DNA from: Octopus vulgaris | Lineage: Eukaryota | Assembly (NCBI GenBank): GCA_951406725.2 | Contig: OX597815.1 | Span: 47,120,001 to 47,184,000 of the forward strand | DNA: 64,000 nucleotides | Direction: 5' to 3' | Part shown: piece by piece, positions 1 through 13,740 of the stretch | Position numbering within the stretch: position 1 is the first letter of the stretch | Layout: every line of letters begins with the position of its first letter | Notes under the pieces: model-generated | The model's database searches: none | Seen by the model: the letters and a program-made list of their open reading frames with translations, nothing else | What the model was told of the DNA's origin: nothing | Translations under genes and position numbers: made by a program

Positions 1-106
1 TCTGAGATTAAACAGCAACTGCTACAACATAGCTCCACTCATCATCAGCACAACAACAACTGACATTAATACTGCTTCCGACAAGAACAACATTATTCGT
101 GCTGTT

Positions 107-320
107 ATAGGCACAAAGCCTGACATTTTGAGGGGAGGGATCTAGTCCATTACATTGACCTCAGTGCTCTACTGGTACTTATTTCATCGACTCCTGAAAA
201 ATAGAAATGAAAGACAAAGTCGACCTCAGCTGCATTTGAACTCAGAACGTAAAACCAGAACCAATACCAATACCGTCATATAATTTGTTCGGCTTGCTAA
301 CGATTCCGCCAGCTCACCGC
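107..320 (-). mobile_element. tRNA-derived SINE, family A
   Basis: Reverse complement of the ggcgagctggcagaatcgttagc..ttctgagttcaaat..gaggtcgactttg..gataaa..agtaccag consensus repeated across the window. Confidence 0.8.
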
Positions 321-484
321 ATTTTGTATATTCGTTATTAAAAGTTGATGATATTCACTCAACACAGGCCTTACAGCTGTAGACTACACTTACCACAAAA
401 CTGCTGAAGTTTTAATTTCTTCAACCCATCGATGACATTTATAATATACACAACTTTTCCTACGCAAGATGATAGAAGTAATTC

Positions 485-920
485 TGGTGGTGATGGTGTG
501 GTGACGGTGAAAGATTTGTGACAGTTGCGGTGGTGGTAGTGGTGGTGGTAGTAGTGGTGGTGGTGGTGGTGGTGTGTGGTGGTAATTGTGGTGACGGTGA
601 TGATGTTGATTACCATTATGATGATGATGATGACAGTGAGGATAATCATGATGATGATGATGATGATGATGCTGATGACAGTGAGGTTGATGATGACGAT
701 GATGAAGATGGTAATGACGTCGAGAATGTTAGCAATGAGGATCATGAAGATGATGACAAAGAGGAGGAAGAGGAAAGGATGACAAAGTGTAGAAGGGGAC
801 GTTAATGAAAAGGAGGAAGAGAGGATGAGGAAAGTGATGAAGATGGTAATGATGGCGAGAATGTTAGCGATGATGACCATAAAAACGACGATGACGATGA
901 TAATGATGACAATGACTAAA
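485..920. repeat. (GGT)n/(GAT)n low-complexity tract
   Basis: Seen directly; source of the poly-D/M/V/I ORFs. Confidence 0.9.
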
Positions 921-2393
921 CAGATTTATGATTAAGATGTTCCGTCCATGACCACCTCCTTTTATTTTAAATTATTCTATCTAGGACTATGTATTTCTAT
1001 GTGTAATATACAAGGACTTTTGGATTACACTGTATATTTGTTAAGTCATTTAGGTATGATTTGAAGGAGATTTGATTGCTAATACTAGCAGATCGAGCGA
1101 TCACATGAGATGCTCAACCGTTGGCCCATGTTGTTGTTAAGCCTTAGGTCAGTCTTGGTCGAAATAATTTTGGTCAAGAGCATTCCAACCATGATCATCC
1201 AAACTGTCCTTTATTTTTAGGATGGCAGAACTTCATTCGAGGGAGATGTGATTGTCATTTCTAGCTGGTAAAGTGACCATGTAAAGCCTCACTTGCTGGC
1301 TTGTGAGAGAAGTGGCGGTGATGGGGGCAGTGGTGATAGTGGCAGTGGTGGTGGTGGTTGTGGAGATGGTGGTATTTTCTGGATGGTCGTCGGATTATTT
1401 GTTATTTTTTCTGATGATGTTAAAACTATTAGTAATAGTAGTGGTGGTGGCGATGCGGATGAAGCAGAGTTAGTGGCCAGGGTGGTTTTGGTTTTGATAT
1501 CGGTGATGGAGTCGAGACGTCTTCTAATTAGTGTTTATGGAGTCGGTAAAAACGGTAGCAGCGATGGTGGTAATATTGCTGTTATTATCCTTCTTGTTGT
1601 TGTTGGTGGTGATGGTGCATGATAGGTGAGGTGGCTGTTGTTGTTGCTGTTGTTGTTCTTGATGGTAGCGAATCTAATGGCGATGAAAGATGGTGCTGTC
1701 TGGCAAAATGGCTAAACAATATCTGTCGAAAACACAAATTCGTTGTTGGCTCAACTAATTTGGCGATAGGGAAGACACAGAGAAACTAACTGGGAGGAAA
1801 CCAAAATAAACAAAACAATGAAAATAAAATTTAAAATAAAAATATAAGACGATGAAAACTTGAAGAAAACGCAAAACAACAAGTTGTAAAAAAAACTCGA
1901 TGAAAACAAAAGAAAAAAACCAACATTAATAACAAACGAAAATAAACAAAATTTCTGCTGCCGCTACTGAAGATGGTGCTATTGTTGCTGGTACTGTTCA
2001 TGTGTGCGAGCTCATTCACATGACAAGCAACGTATGTGTCTTCCTCCTCCACAAATGTTCACTCTTTCTCTTCTCCATCTTCTCCATTTTTCCATCGTCA
2101 CGACGACCACCAGTATTACAGACATCATCAGCACCACTATTACTACCACCTACATCACCATTACAATCACAATCACACAGCTTACAAACAAAAAACACAA
2201 ACACAAAAGCAACCACAAACAAAACTGCCAACACCCACAAGATAGTTGTCCCCCACGACTAACATAAACACAATCACTACATACAGCCTGTATGTAGTCA
2301 CTCATCCAGCTAGAAATAGCAGTTAAATCTCTTTCAAACCACATCCTAGAATTTTCAACAAAGAAAAATAACAAAAAAAAACACTACATAATA

Positions 2394-2547
2394 GGCGCAG
2401 GCGTGGCTGTGTGGTAAGAAGTAGCTTGCTTCCCAACCACATGGTTCCGGGTTCAGTCCCACCTTGGGCAAGTTTTTCTACTCTAGCCTTGGGCCGACCA
2501 AAGCCATGTGAATGGATTTGGTAGACGGAAACTAAAAGAAGCCCTTC

Positions 2548-2584
<37 letters not shown>

Positions 2585-2762
2585 TGTATATGTTTGTGTG
2601 TGTTTATGTCCCCGTAACTTAGCGGTTCGGTGACAAGAGACCCAATAGAATGAGAACTAGGCTAACAAAGAATAAGTCCAGAGGTCGAATTGTTCGACTA
2701 AAGGTGTTGCTCCAACATGGCCACAGTCAATGACTGAAACAAGTAAAAGAATAAGAGAATAG
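2394..2762 (+). mobile_element. tRNA-derived SINE, family B, with internal (TA)n
   Basis: Head ggcgcagg.gtggctgtgtggtaag..ggttccgggttcagtccc with A/B boxes; tail gactgaaacaagtaaaaga. Confidence 0.85.
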
Positions 2763-2978
2763 CAGAGTCCTGCAAACATTTAAAGGCGGGATAATTACAG
2801 TTGAAAAGCTTTTGATCATAGGTGCTTCCAGTCGGCATTGACCCGAAGTCAAACAACTAAAGCCACTGAGGGACCCTCTACGTGGTCATGCCATCTGTTA
2901 CATATAGCAGCCAAAACATAAGTCACAACCAACCTTTCAAAAAGGAACATATTCTCTGAAGTAATTTTGAAGAATTAT

Positions 2979-3884
2979 TTATTTTGTACTCCAGGCACAG
3001 AATTTTTGGGTAGTGGGCCTCTCGATTAGATCTACCCCAGTACGCAACTGGTAACTAATTTATCGATCCGGAAAGGATGAAAGGCAAATTCGATCTCGGT
3101 GGAATTTGAACTCGGAACGTAGCGGCAGACGAAATACCTATTTCTTTACTACCCTCAACACAGAGAGGACAAACATGGACAGACAAACAGATTAAGTTGA
3201 TTACATCGACCCCAGTGCGTAACTGGTTCTTAATTTATCGACCCCGAAAGGATGAAAGGCAAAGTCGACCTCGGCAGAATTTGAACTCAGAACGTAACAG
3301 AAGAATAAAAACGTAACAGAAGAATAAAAAAGCGAAAATGCATATTGAATATAACAAAAAAAATAAAAGCTTTTTTTATGATAAGTAGCGATAAATAAAT
3401 ACAATTAGATTAACTGAGGTAGAATTAAGAGGAATTAAATTCATTATTTTGAATTGTTAAAGTGATTCAAAGTCAAACCGGTATCGTCATTGCTGTTCAC
3501 TGGCTTTGATTGCGCACCACAGTGAACAGCAATGATTACACTGGTTTGACTTTGAATCTCTTTAACAATTCAAAATAATGAATTTAATTCCTCTTAATTC
3601 TAGCTCAGTTCATCTAATTGTATTCATTTAGCGCTACTTTTCATTAAAAAGTCTTTTTTTTTAGTGCATTTTCGCTTTTTTCTTCTTACTTTCCCCATAT
3701 CTTTTCCACGTGTAGTTTCTATTTTCTTTATGAAACATATTTCTATTATACTTACTAAATCGACCCCGAAAGAATGAAAGGCAAAGTCGACCTCGGCGGA
3801 ATTTGAACTTACGACGTAACGGCAGACGAAATATGGCTACGAATTTTGCCCGGCGTGCTAACGCTTCAGCCAGCTCGCCGCCCC
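2979..3884 (-). mobile_element. Composite of family A SINE pieces plus a nested palindrome, flanked by a 19-bp direct repeat
   Basis: agtaattttgaagaattat at 2960-2978 and 3885-3903. Confidence 0.75.
3320..3690. repeat. ~370-bp foldback palindrome (MITE-like)
   Basis: Arms such as tagaattaagaggaattaaattcattattttgaattgttaaag and its reverse complement at 3560-3602. Loop at about 3503-3519. Confidence 0.85.
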
Positions 3885-4329
3885 AGTAATTTTGAAGAAT
3901 TATGTCTAACTAAATGACAGGATGGTCAAAAATAGAATGGCTTTTGATTAAAGGACTCACAGGCCACTTGACCTGTCGCTAAACGGCATCATCATCATCA
4001 TATATACTACAGTTACAACAAATGCTTCCACCAACAGCGACGCACGCGCTTCAACCCCACTAACTAATACTATACATTCAAAGACCACATCAACTAAATC
4101 CGGTGCCATCATAATTCCAAACGCGCACAAGGTTGTAAAGAAAGTCTTGTCGCACTCTGACACGATCGCTTTGAAAGTACTTTGTCATTACTTATGGTAA
4201 AATAATCGTTTTTACAATCTAGTGGGTGTTTTTTCATTAATTACAGATTTTGTACCATAGTGGTATCGTATCGATTTTATCCTCTAAAAATATTTATGTC
4301 AGACCCATATCAGACCCTGCACGCTGTAT

Positions 4330-4530
4330 AAATTCAAAAGCAGCCCTTGAAGGGAAAAGATGAGAGTAGTAGATGAAGAGGCAAGCAAAGATTGCAATGG
4401 ATGGATAATATCACGGGATGATTGCACAGAAGTGGCAAGGTGACTGGAGGACTCGCGCTTCATCGGAAACACTTTCATTGCAGTATCATCAATACGCTGC
4501 CGGTGTTCGAGGCATGATTACGACGATTTG
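4330..4530 (+). mobile_element. RTE-like LINE 3' fragment
   Basis: LEGK...RRGKQRLQWMDNIT-like translation. Confidence 0.45.
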
Positions 4531-5109
4531 AGAAATGAAAGTGACAAGAAATATTTGTTCTGTCTTATATATATATGTGTGTGTATTTAGGCGGTGCTCC
4601 TGCAGGGTCGGAGTCAAATGACAAACAAATAAAAGAATAAAAGATTACACATACGTGTTGGTGTGCGTAAATGTGTGTATGATTACAGATTTACATATAT
4701 GAGTATATATATATAGGTGTACATATATGTAATCTCTCTTTGTCGAAGTTTACTTACACAATTGCAACGAACTGGGTTTTCTCTTGTAACACAGTAATAG
4801 ACACATATACGGAAAAGATTCCAAATCTCCATTAATCCGTCGATTTTGCCTAAAATGCATTATGTCAAACACGTGACGAACAAGAAAATATGTGAATGGG
4901 GATCACCTCTGACAAAGCAATGAGATTTTTCTTTATTATTGTATTTTTGTGTCTTATATACCTAGTCATTTGATTCATACAGATGTAGTCATCTGCAATT
5001 TTCAATTAATTCTTATTTCGTTTTGTAGTTTCACCGAATTGATACTGCCGAGCTACAACTTGTGGTTCTTATTTAACTTCAGTTCATCGTCTAGTACCAG
5101 GAAAATTCT

Positions 5110-5410
5110 GTATCGTCTGTGAGAAATTTTTTCGTCTCTTCATATGTGTTCTTTCTTGGTAGTGAGAATTTTCCGGCTAATTTTGGTTGAGACATGTCAA
5201 CATGTTTCCTCAACTACATTAACTCCGAAGTTCAGTTATGCTTTCTGAGGTTTGTTCCCATATATTTTAAATGTTCCCAAGGCCCCAATGGTAACCTCAT
5301 GAGCTTGATAACTTCTCTGTTCTAGCACTTAAAGATTTCATGCTTCAAGTTGGAACAACAGTATATTTTCTGTTTCCTTACTTTTTACTCTGGTGTCAAA
5401 TAGGCAGGCC
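5110..5410 (-). pseudogene. R4/Dong-like RLE C-terminal fragment
   Basis: Frameshifted ACLFDTRVKSKETE...VTIGALGT. Confidence 0.5.
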
Positions 5411-6129
5411 ACGCTTCACACTATAAATCCTAAAATGTCCACACCTTTTCGATATTAAAAAAAAATAATCAGAGTTTAAAATACGGCAAGTCCGAATTTT
5501 TTGCTTGGGTGCATCATGATTCCATTAAATCATGTTTATGGGGTAGAAAATATAGAAAAACATCAACACATATCAGAGTGCCAAAGAATCGAGGAACGTA
5601 TCAGGTGGTCGTGAGATGTGCTAAAAACAGCTAAATCGCCCTTAAATCCCAAACACAATTTGCTTTTGCATCATCATATGAATTCCCGTATGTTGAACAC
5701 AAATTAACATAAATTTTCTGATAATTCTAAAAATAAAAATGATGTGAGGGGTTATATGGGGCGCTTAAATCAGAATTCCGCCCTCTTTTTCACATTTGAA
5801 AAATCGTCGAGTTTACCTTCTTTCGTTCGATGTTTCGTTTCTTCTTTTTAACAATTTCCCGTTTTCTCTTCTTTAGTTTTACACTTTCCATAAACGGCTC
5901 TTCACTTATCTCCTTAAAGAGAGTTTTCCTTTTTCTTGTGGATAGAAACTTAGACTTAGCACCTCTACTTCTACTACCCAGACGACAATCATTAACCCTC
6001 TTCCTTCTGCTTTAACTGATCCACTTCTAAATGGGGATGCATACTTGAATGCATTGTATTGCTTCCTTGTTTTTCTTTCGGTGTCCTTCAATTTATCATT
6101 TTCACTTCAGCAAATCCTGTTTAATTTCT

Positions 6130-6540
6130 TATCAGTGATACTGCCCGCAATGGAAATATGATTACACGTATGGTACTTACCCCATCCAAGTAAGGTCTCA
6201 AAATCTCTATTCAGTAATTTTTTTTCACTTCTTTCATATGTACACATTTGATTTTGTAGCCTATGAATATGAATATCTAAGAATGCATTTCCTCTACTCC
6301 CTTATACATTCTGCATGTAATTATTTTATGCTCCCATAATTAGGTAGAAACTGCTCTAGTACCTTTCCCCATTTCATCTTTACCGCATAGTACATTTCCC
6401 TTTGCCAATGGTAATCCCAATATCGCTGCTAACTATTTTTAATGTTTGCCTTAAGGAGTCCAATAGGTTTCTGTCTTTGCCATAAAGTTTTAAATCCTTA
6501 ATAAATAGGTGATTCCCTTTCCCTCTATTTTTTCCCAATC
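6130..6540 (-). pseudogene. R4/Dong-like RT fragment
   Basis: Translates as LFIKDLKLYGKDRNLLDSLRQTLKIVSSDIGITIGKGKC, matching the FMDDLKLY..L.SL...SDIGM.FG..KC pattern. Adjacent to (ATT)n. Confidence 0.6.
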
Positions 6541-8242
6541 TGCATCCTCCATCCCCTCATTATTATTATTATTATTATTGTTCATCATTGACTCTTTAAC
6601 AGATTCGATGTTTCGAGACCAAAAATCAAATAATACACGTGTCTTGTTCGTCTCTATCTACATCTCTTTCTCCTTTGATAAAACTTTGAAACTGTTTTCT
6701 TCCATTCACCCTCATATTAAATATTTTAGGGATATAACCGAAATGCATATAGAATTAGGGTTACATTCAAGATTGTGCAGAATTTAGATATGAACATAGT
6801 CTACAAAATGTAAATCTAAAGTAAGTGAATGTTTCATTTATTATACTTAGCTAACTTATCTCAGTTCACAAACAAAGCTTTCAGGATCATCGTAGCTTGT
6901 GTAGAGGCTGCCAGAACTCTTATCAATGGACACCCAGCTTGCTGTAAAAATTGTATTACATAATGTAGGTACGAATTAATTAAGAGAATAATGCTCCCAC
7001 TGCAGTGTATAGTACGTTAAACTTTTATAAATGGACTTCCATCAGTCTCGATATTTTGGAGTCAGTTGCTTAGTTTACTGAATTGTCTAAATTAGTTGAT
7101 ATGTAATTGAATATTTCCCAAAAGCGGGTAATCTGAACCTGATTCTCAAGAGAAATTGGTGTGGTACAATGTACGACAAGGCTGTACCTTTGAACTGCAG
7201 GTAAAAATTTATACGTTGCGCTTCCCCAGAATTCCAACCCAAACAATTTCTCTCATAAGACTTGGATTGGCCCAACGAGACGAGGAAAGGCACTTGCCCG
7301 AGATGCCTCGCATAAATCTATATCAGAAACTTTTGATTGTGAAGTGAACTTAAACATTTCGCCAAACCTGTGTCCATTTAACCATGCTGTCTCCATTTTG
7401 TAATTCTGCTTTGTTGTGTTATAGCTACTACATCCACTCGTTTACATGCCATCTCGACACCTAATGCCAGAATCTAAATATTGGATAATCACATTCTGTG
7501 GTGAGTCTAACAGCTAATATCATTAATAACTAGCTACAAACATACACAGCTATGAATAACTGTTTCGCATTCCCATATAAATACTAAACTAGATTCTAAA
7601 CTCTTCTAAATTCTAAATCCTTCTAAACTAGGGACAATCCAATTACATTAAACTTTAAACTTGTGAAAATAGATTATGTATTTTACGCATTGATCTATGA
7701 ACGTCTTGTGTGTGATTACTTCCGAGCTGTTATTATCTTATTCGAGCAGTGCTGTACACAAAAATAAATCCATTGGAATTTTGAGAATTATATGCACTAA
7801 GCTTACGATTTTAGGTGGTGTGTCCTTTTTCTTATCCAAGGCAGAGACTGCAAATAACCACTGGAATGAAACATACTTAAGGAGCAAAAGATACAAACTT
7901 GTGTTTATCATGAGTTTTCTCCTGTAGGGCAAGATATACATACGCAGGTTAGGTGAGTACAGCAGTTAATATATTTAATGCCAGTATAGTAACCATCAAA
8001 TAATTTTTTCATAGACTGATTCGCCAAAGATCCTGCTTGGACAATTTGAACAATAATGGATATATCTAATATAGATAAAGAAAAATAATAGAATTGTACA
8101 AACCAAATTTCTATGCCTCAGTGTTGAGGATATTGTGGTATGAGGAACCCGCAAGATGGGATTAATATTGGTGTTTGTTTTCATTTTTATAACCGTAATT
8201 CCAAGTTAGTTTTGCTCGTATATTCTTACATTTGTATTCTTT

Positions 8243-8398
8243 TCTACTCTAGGCCCGAAATTTTGGGGGGAAATTTTGGCCCGAAATTTTGGATGCAGTC
8301 AATTAGATCAACCCCAGTACGCAACTGGTACTTAATTTATCGACTCCGAAAGGATGAAAGGCAAAGTCGACCCCGGTGGAATCTGAACTCAGAACGTT
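8243..8398 (-). mobile_element. SINE family A, 3' part
   Basis: aactggtacttaatttatcgactccgaaaggatgaaaggcaaagtcgac. Confidence 0.8.
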
Positions 8399-8743
8399 TA
8401 CATTTATATTAAGTTACAAACATTATGGCTTTGCATCATGCATTGAGTACAACACTGAGTACAGTTTTTCTGTAATAAACACATAGTGCAAAAGATATGA
8501 GAAATATGTTAGCATCTCTCTATGTATGTATGCATGTATATATCATAAGTTTATATGCTATAATTACACAGCTGTTATATTATATTTAGAATATATATAT
8601 ATATATATATATATTACATAATTATATATTTGTTAGTGTGTATGTGTAGAATCTGCTGTTTTATTTGTATAAAGTTGTATATGGGTGCGCGCGCATGTGT
8701 AGTACCAACGAGTCTGATGTGTGTGTGCGCGCATGTGCGTGCG

Positions 8744-8875
8744 TGAACACGTTCGTAGAATACAATATGGTATTTTGACGTTCACAGTAGATACGCCCTC
8801 TTCAAGTCTTACTTGACGTCATATCTTGCTTCGTGCATTATAAACACAGACGTAACCGCACTCACTCACACACTT

Positions 8876-8934
<59 letters not shown>

Positions 8935-9858
8935 AACGTAGTATGTGTGTGTGTGTGCGTTCGCATTTTTGTATGTGTAATTTATGTATATCCAAGAGTG
9001 AAAATGATGTGTCCAGATCATTAACCTTCCCTACATATGTAAATCGCAGAATCTCTTGACAATAGTTTGGCAATAGCAGGAACTGCTTACATATCATAAG
9101 TATATAGTCAGCTGTGTAAATATGCATTTAGACAGATTCAGGCAGTTTCTGGTGCTACAAGTTTTTCTCTTCTTCTCTACCTCTCTCTCCCTATCACACA
9201 CACACACACACATACACATATACACACACATATGCCTCTTGATCGGTACTTCCACTTAAGTTTTCTTTATTCCCCCACCACTATTTGTATTCCCCTCTCC
9301 CTCCCCTCTCTCTGTATACCTCATGCACACACATGCGTAGACATGATAGACACATCTATGCATTCATATTTATACTCCAGAGTAAAAAGGAACTGGCACA
9401 CATACGCACACACACACATTCACGTGTGTGTGTGTGTGTGTATGTGTGTGTGTGTATGTGTGTGTGTGTGTGTGTGTGCGTGTGTGTGTGTGTACTTATA
9501 TACAGCTATATTAGCTCATAGGCTCAGGCCCTTGAAAATGAATATTCGTGCTCAAAAATAAAACCTCAAATGTTTGTCCCTTTCTCTCTCTCTCTCTCCC
9601 TCTCTCTCTCTCCGCGCGCACACACACACACACATACAATGCATAATGCACGTATCTATGTATACATACACAGATCTCTTTTCTTCACTAGTTTCAATCA
9701 TTGGATGGCGACCATTCTATGACACCCCCAACCCACCCATGATTATTTCAGTGTGATTCTTTATGTATCGAAATCTATTTGTCGTACTGCTATCTCACAG
9801 GACATAAGCCACAGACATTAACAACTGTCTACGTTTGTGTGTGTTTGTAAGTGTGTAT

Positions 9859-9919
<61 letters not shown>

Positions 9920-10057
9920 AAGTGTGTGAGTGAGTGTGGTTACGTCTGTCTGTGTTTATAATTCACAGAGCAAGATATGACGTCAACTAAAGACTTGAAG
10001 AGGGCGTATCTACTGTGAACGTCAAAATACCATATTGTATTCTACGAACGCGTTCAT
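8744..10057. repeat. Inverted repeat of ~200 bp (8744-8942 and ~9829-10057) including microsatellites
   Basis: cgttcgtagaatacaatatggtattttgacgttcacagtagatacgccctcttcaagtc is exactly reverse-complemented at about 9992-10050. Confidence 0.85.
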
Positions 10058-11149
10058 GCCGGTGTAAACATAAAGGCACACGCGCTCGCAAATATATGCT
10101 CACCAATCGTCCTGGAATACTTTCCAACTCATTCTGTTTGTAAGAGCACTGGGATTCTACAGCATCAGTTTAAAGTACTATCACTTGGTAGACACTAGTA
10201 TGTTCTTGAGGAAGAATCCTAAGTACTGCTACTCCATTCTGATGCAGTAAGTGTCACAAAGAATCTGAAAAAATATGCATTTTCAAGACAATAGAAATAT
10301 TAAGATCGCCAAGAAAGTCAATGAAGAGTACTATATGTAGAAGCGGGTACACACACACACGCACGCGCCTGCGCACAAATGGCGGGTTCTCGGCATGAAG
10401 TCTTGCATAAGACGTGATGATTAAACAAACTAGAAAATTAATTTACAACTCTTTCTTTCAGTTGTCTATATAAAGTTAAATTTTCTTATAAAGTATGTTT
10501 TTAAGTATACTTTACAATATATGGACTGTATTAAGAAGTGCTCATTGCGAGCTAAATCGAAGAATAAGGGAAATTATAGAGGGAATACATGCAGGTAATC
10601 AATACAAATTCCAAAGCATAATTTTAAACACTCAGTGAAACAAATATACATATAAATTTATAAATCAGTGAACAAAATTACACGTAAATATCATATATGA
10701 AAACTATGCATCATATACGTTGGGTTCAGGTACCGAATGGAGGAATGACAAATAAAGAGTAACAAATTCGAGGTAAGGGCTTCCAAAAGGAACTGTTCAA
10801 ATCGATTAAGAATTTGGTGTTTATACGAAATGTCGGATGAGAGTTCAAAATTTAAAAATTCAAGGATAACTAGGTAGATAAAATAATTATATATAGATTC
10901 GGGTGAATTCGGACAAAGGCTATCATCTACGGCCGTTTCAGGTGTACAATAAATGTGTAAATTCTCCTTTAATCTATAAAATTATTTGGTGATTCTATTG
11001 AAGGCTTCTGTCCAGGTACATGCGCATTGAACTATTGAAATTATTTGATTTATTGTTAATTTGTTGCAGTTTTTCAAAGAACACACAGCTTGTGCAACAA
11101 GTTCGTGTTTTTTTTTTTTTTTTGTATTTTCTCCCGTTTTGGATAGAAA

Positions 11150-12350
11150 TAGATATGACTGAAATAGGCATCGAGGAAGGACGAGCCGGAGCTACGCGTC
11201 GGTAGCGGGAAAACAGAACATGTCGAAGACTGTAAAACAGTTATATATGAGAGAAGTAGGTGCCCCCCACGATAAATTATATGAATGCAAGCAATTTGCA
11301 TAAAAGGAAGGGTTGAAAGTAAAATTGACCCCTCCGGAGGATTTAATTGGAGATACGAAAAGAAGAACAATAATTTATAGGACCTTATATTTACCCCGAA
11401 AAAAGATCGAAATGGCTCCAGAAGTGGTCATTGAGAAATGTTGAGACTCTATTAGAGATGACATTTCCTACTACACTCGAGGTAGAAAATACAGTACAGT
11501 GGAGGTAAGAGTTGCCTCCGTAGAGGTGGCAGTTAAGCACTCCACTGTACCAGTAAGAACTGAAGAATTGCTGCTCCTGCAAACCTACCTGGGAAACGAA
11601 TCTCCAGGGTTAGGATTGGCAGGAATCCGCTGGAAATGAGAGAAGTGTGGATAGCGGCAGCTGTACTCTCTGGAACTAAGGAAGACTCTGGAACTAAGAT
11701 TGTGCAGGCAACTCAGACACAACAGCTGAATTGAGTGGGGTTACGGCCTGGAATTAATTGTCCAGGTGGCGTGGACAATTAATTGTCCAGGCCACCCAAG
11801 CAGACTTAAACGAACTCCCAGAAGTTATTGAGCTACCTGAAGGAAAATAAAATTAACAGTAACAGTAGAAGGGAGACCTACCTGCTATGGCTGTGGGCAG
11901 AAAGGACACAACAAAAAAGAAGTGCCCCCAAACCGAACAAGATCAGATGAAAGTAGTAGAGGTCTTGGCCGAGCCCGAGAACACAGCGAAGGCAGCGGAA
12001 GAGACCCAAGATGCGATAGAAAGTGAACAAACAGACCAAGAAGATGCCGAGGAGGACTATATACAAGTTACAAGAAAAAGAGAAAGAAACAATTCATTAC
12101 CAAAATGCACACAAGCAAAGAAGAAAAAAAAGAGTCACACACACCAGAAAGACAAAATACAGGCAACAACAGAAAACAACACACCCACACAGCACACACC
12201 ACTGCTAACATCCACACACAAAAAAACCAACCCAGAATCTCCCGTCAAGCAAATACTTACAGACACACAAACCCCGACAATGCATACTGCGTACTTAATG
12301 GCTCACAAATCTAGCAAATCCATAGAGAAAATAATCAATAAATCTTAAAA
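11150..12350 (+). pseudogene. Decayed gag-like ORF1 (L1/Tx1-type) with zinc knuckle
   Basis: TVTVEGRPTCYGCGQKGH..(frameshift)..KKCP gives CX2CX4HX4C at ~11855-11930, followed by a charged low-complexity tail. Several stops and frameshifts. Confidence 0.55.
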
Positions 12351-12819
12351 TATTACTAGAGTTAAACTTTTTAATTTCCACTCACCTGAAAAAAAGTGCA
12401 TAAGCTAAGATACGAAACATTAAAAAAATATTACCAATCGGATACACAACTATGGGGAGAGAAGGTGAGGTTTGAAACCCTGAAACCCGGTGATAGAATA
12501 TAAGGAATTGGATCCTTATTTCGTAGATTAAGTAAAATTGATTCGATGATGGAACAGATATTGAACTGAAAATGAACAGTTAATGAACAGTAAAAACGCG
12601 ATTGCTTAAGGGTGAGGCTCGGGCAAGGACGTCCAACATTAAAAGCTATTAACCTTTTATTTATTAACTTATGGCAAAAATTAATTTCATTTCCATAATT
12701 TGGATGTAGTTACATCAGTATGCCAAATTTGAAAACAGGACAAAAATAAATAAAAGTGGAAAACTGTGACAGCAACAGCAAAGTTCCCTTATTTTTGAAT
12801 CTGGTAATTAATCTATAGA

Positions 12820-13080
12820 CCACATTTGCCGAACTATTAAGTTAGGGGACACAAACCAACACAGCTGTCAAGCGTTGGTGGGCGACATAAGCAAAACGCA
12901 CGCGCGTGTGCACACACACGTAAGGATTCTTTTAGTTTCCGTCAACCAAAACTACTCCTAGGTTTTTTTGTCAGACTGGGCTATAGCAGAAGACACTTGG
13001 CCAAGGTACCATACAATGGGACTGATCCCGGAACCATGTGGCTGGGATGTGGTCGTCTCAGTACGCAGCGTAGCCTGCAT
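12820..13080 (-). mobile_element. SINE family B, partial
   Basis: gctatagcagaagacactt..gggactgatcccggaaccatgtgg. Confidence 0.7.
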
Positions 13081-13696
13081 GTTTATTGAATGTATAAATG
13101 TCAACTTCACAATTTCTGAATCTATATTAACCTTTTGTCTGACCTGTGCATCGAATATGATAAACAGGACATATTTCATATATGATACACATTTTCGGTC
13201 TTTTAATCAAAAGAGTAAATTGTGACTTGTAATAGAAATCTTTTTATTACTCAGAACATATGAAACAAGAGCTAACTAAAAGTTTAAAAACAAGCATAGA
13301 CGTCTAGGAGAAACTTGTCTAAATCATTTAGTCAGGCTGAAAGTTCGAGTCTTTAATGTAAATTTAACGTTCCCGATTATTCAAACCAAAGAAGAAAGGA
13401 AGCAACGTGAGACTATATAAGCAGTACAATAAGTAAACTCGATAGCTAACCATATTTCCACGTTAATATGAAGATATTTTTCTTATCTTGTGTCATGCTG
13501 CTTCCTTTCTTTCATTGTTTAAATTAATTGGCAATATGAAACTCAGAGTAACGATCCAAGAAGCTTCAGCTTCTGATAAAATATACAAACTCTATGTACT
13601 GAATACCTTATTTTAGCTTACATACACACACACACACACACATGAACTGTGTAAATCTGCTTCAGTCACTCTCACCCACCGTGTGTGTCTTTGTAC

Positions 13697-13740
<44 letters not shown>

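Noticed and set aside
371-2374. ORFs with poly-H/D/V/M/I and transmembrane-like runs
   Set aside because: Translations of trinucleotide low-complexity DNA that are open in several frames; no domain or splice evidence.
2394-2465. tRNA-like sequences with A/B boxes
   Set aside because: These are SINE heads; no complete cloverleaf, so they are not called as tRNA genes.
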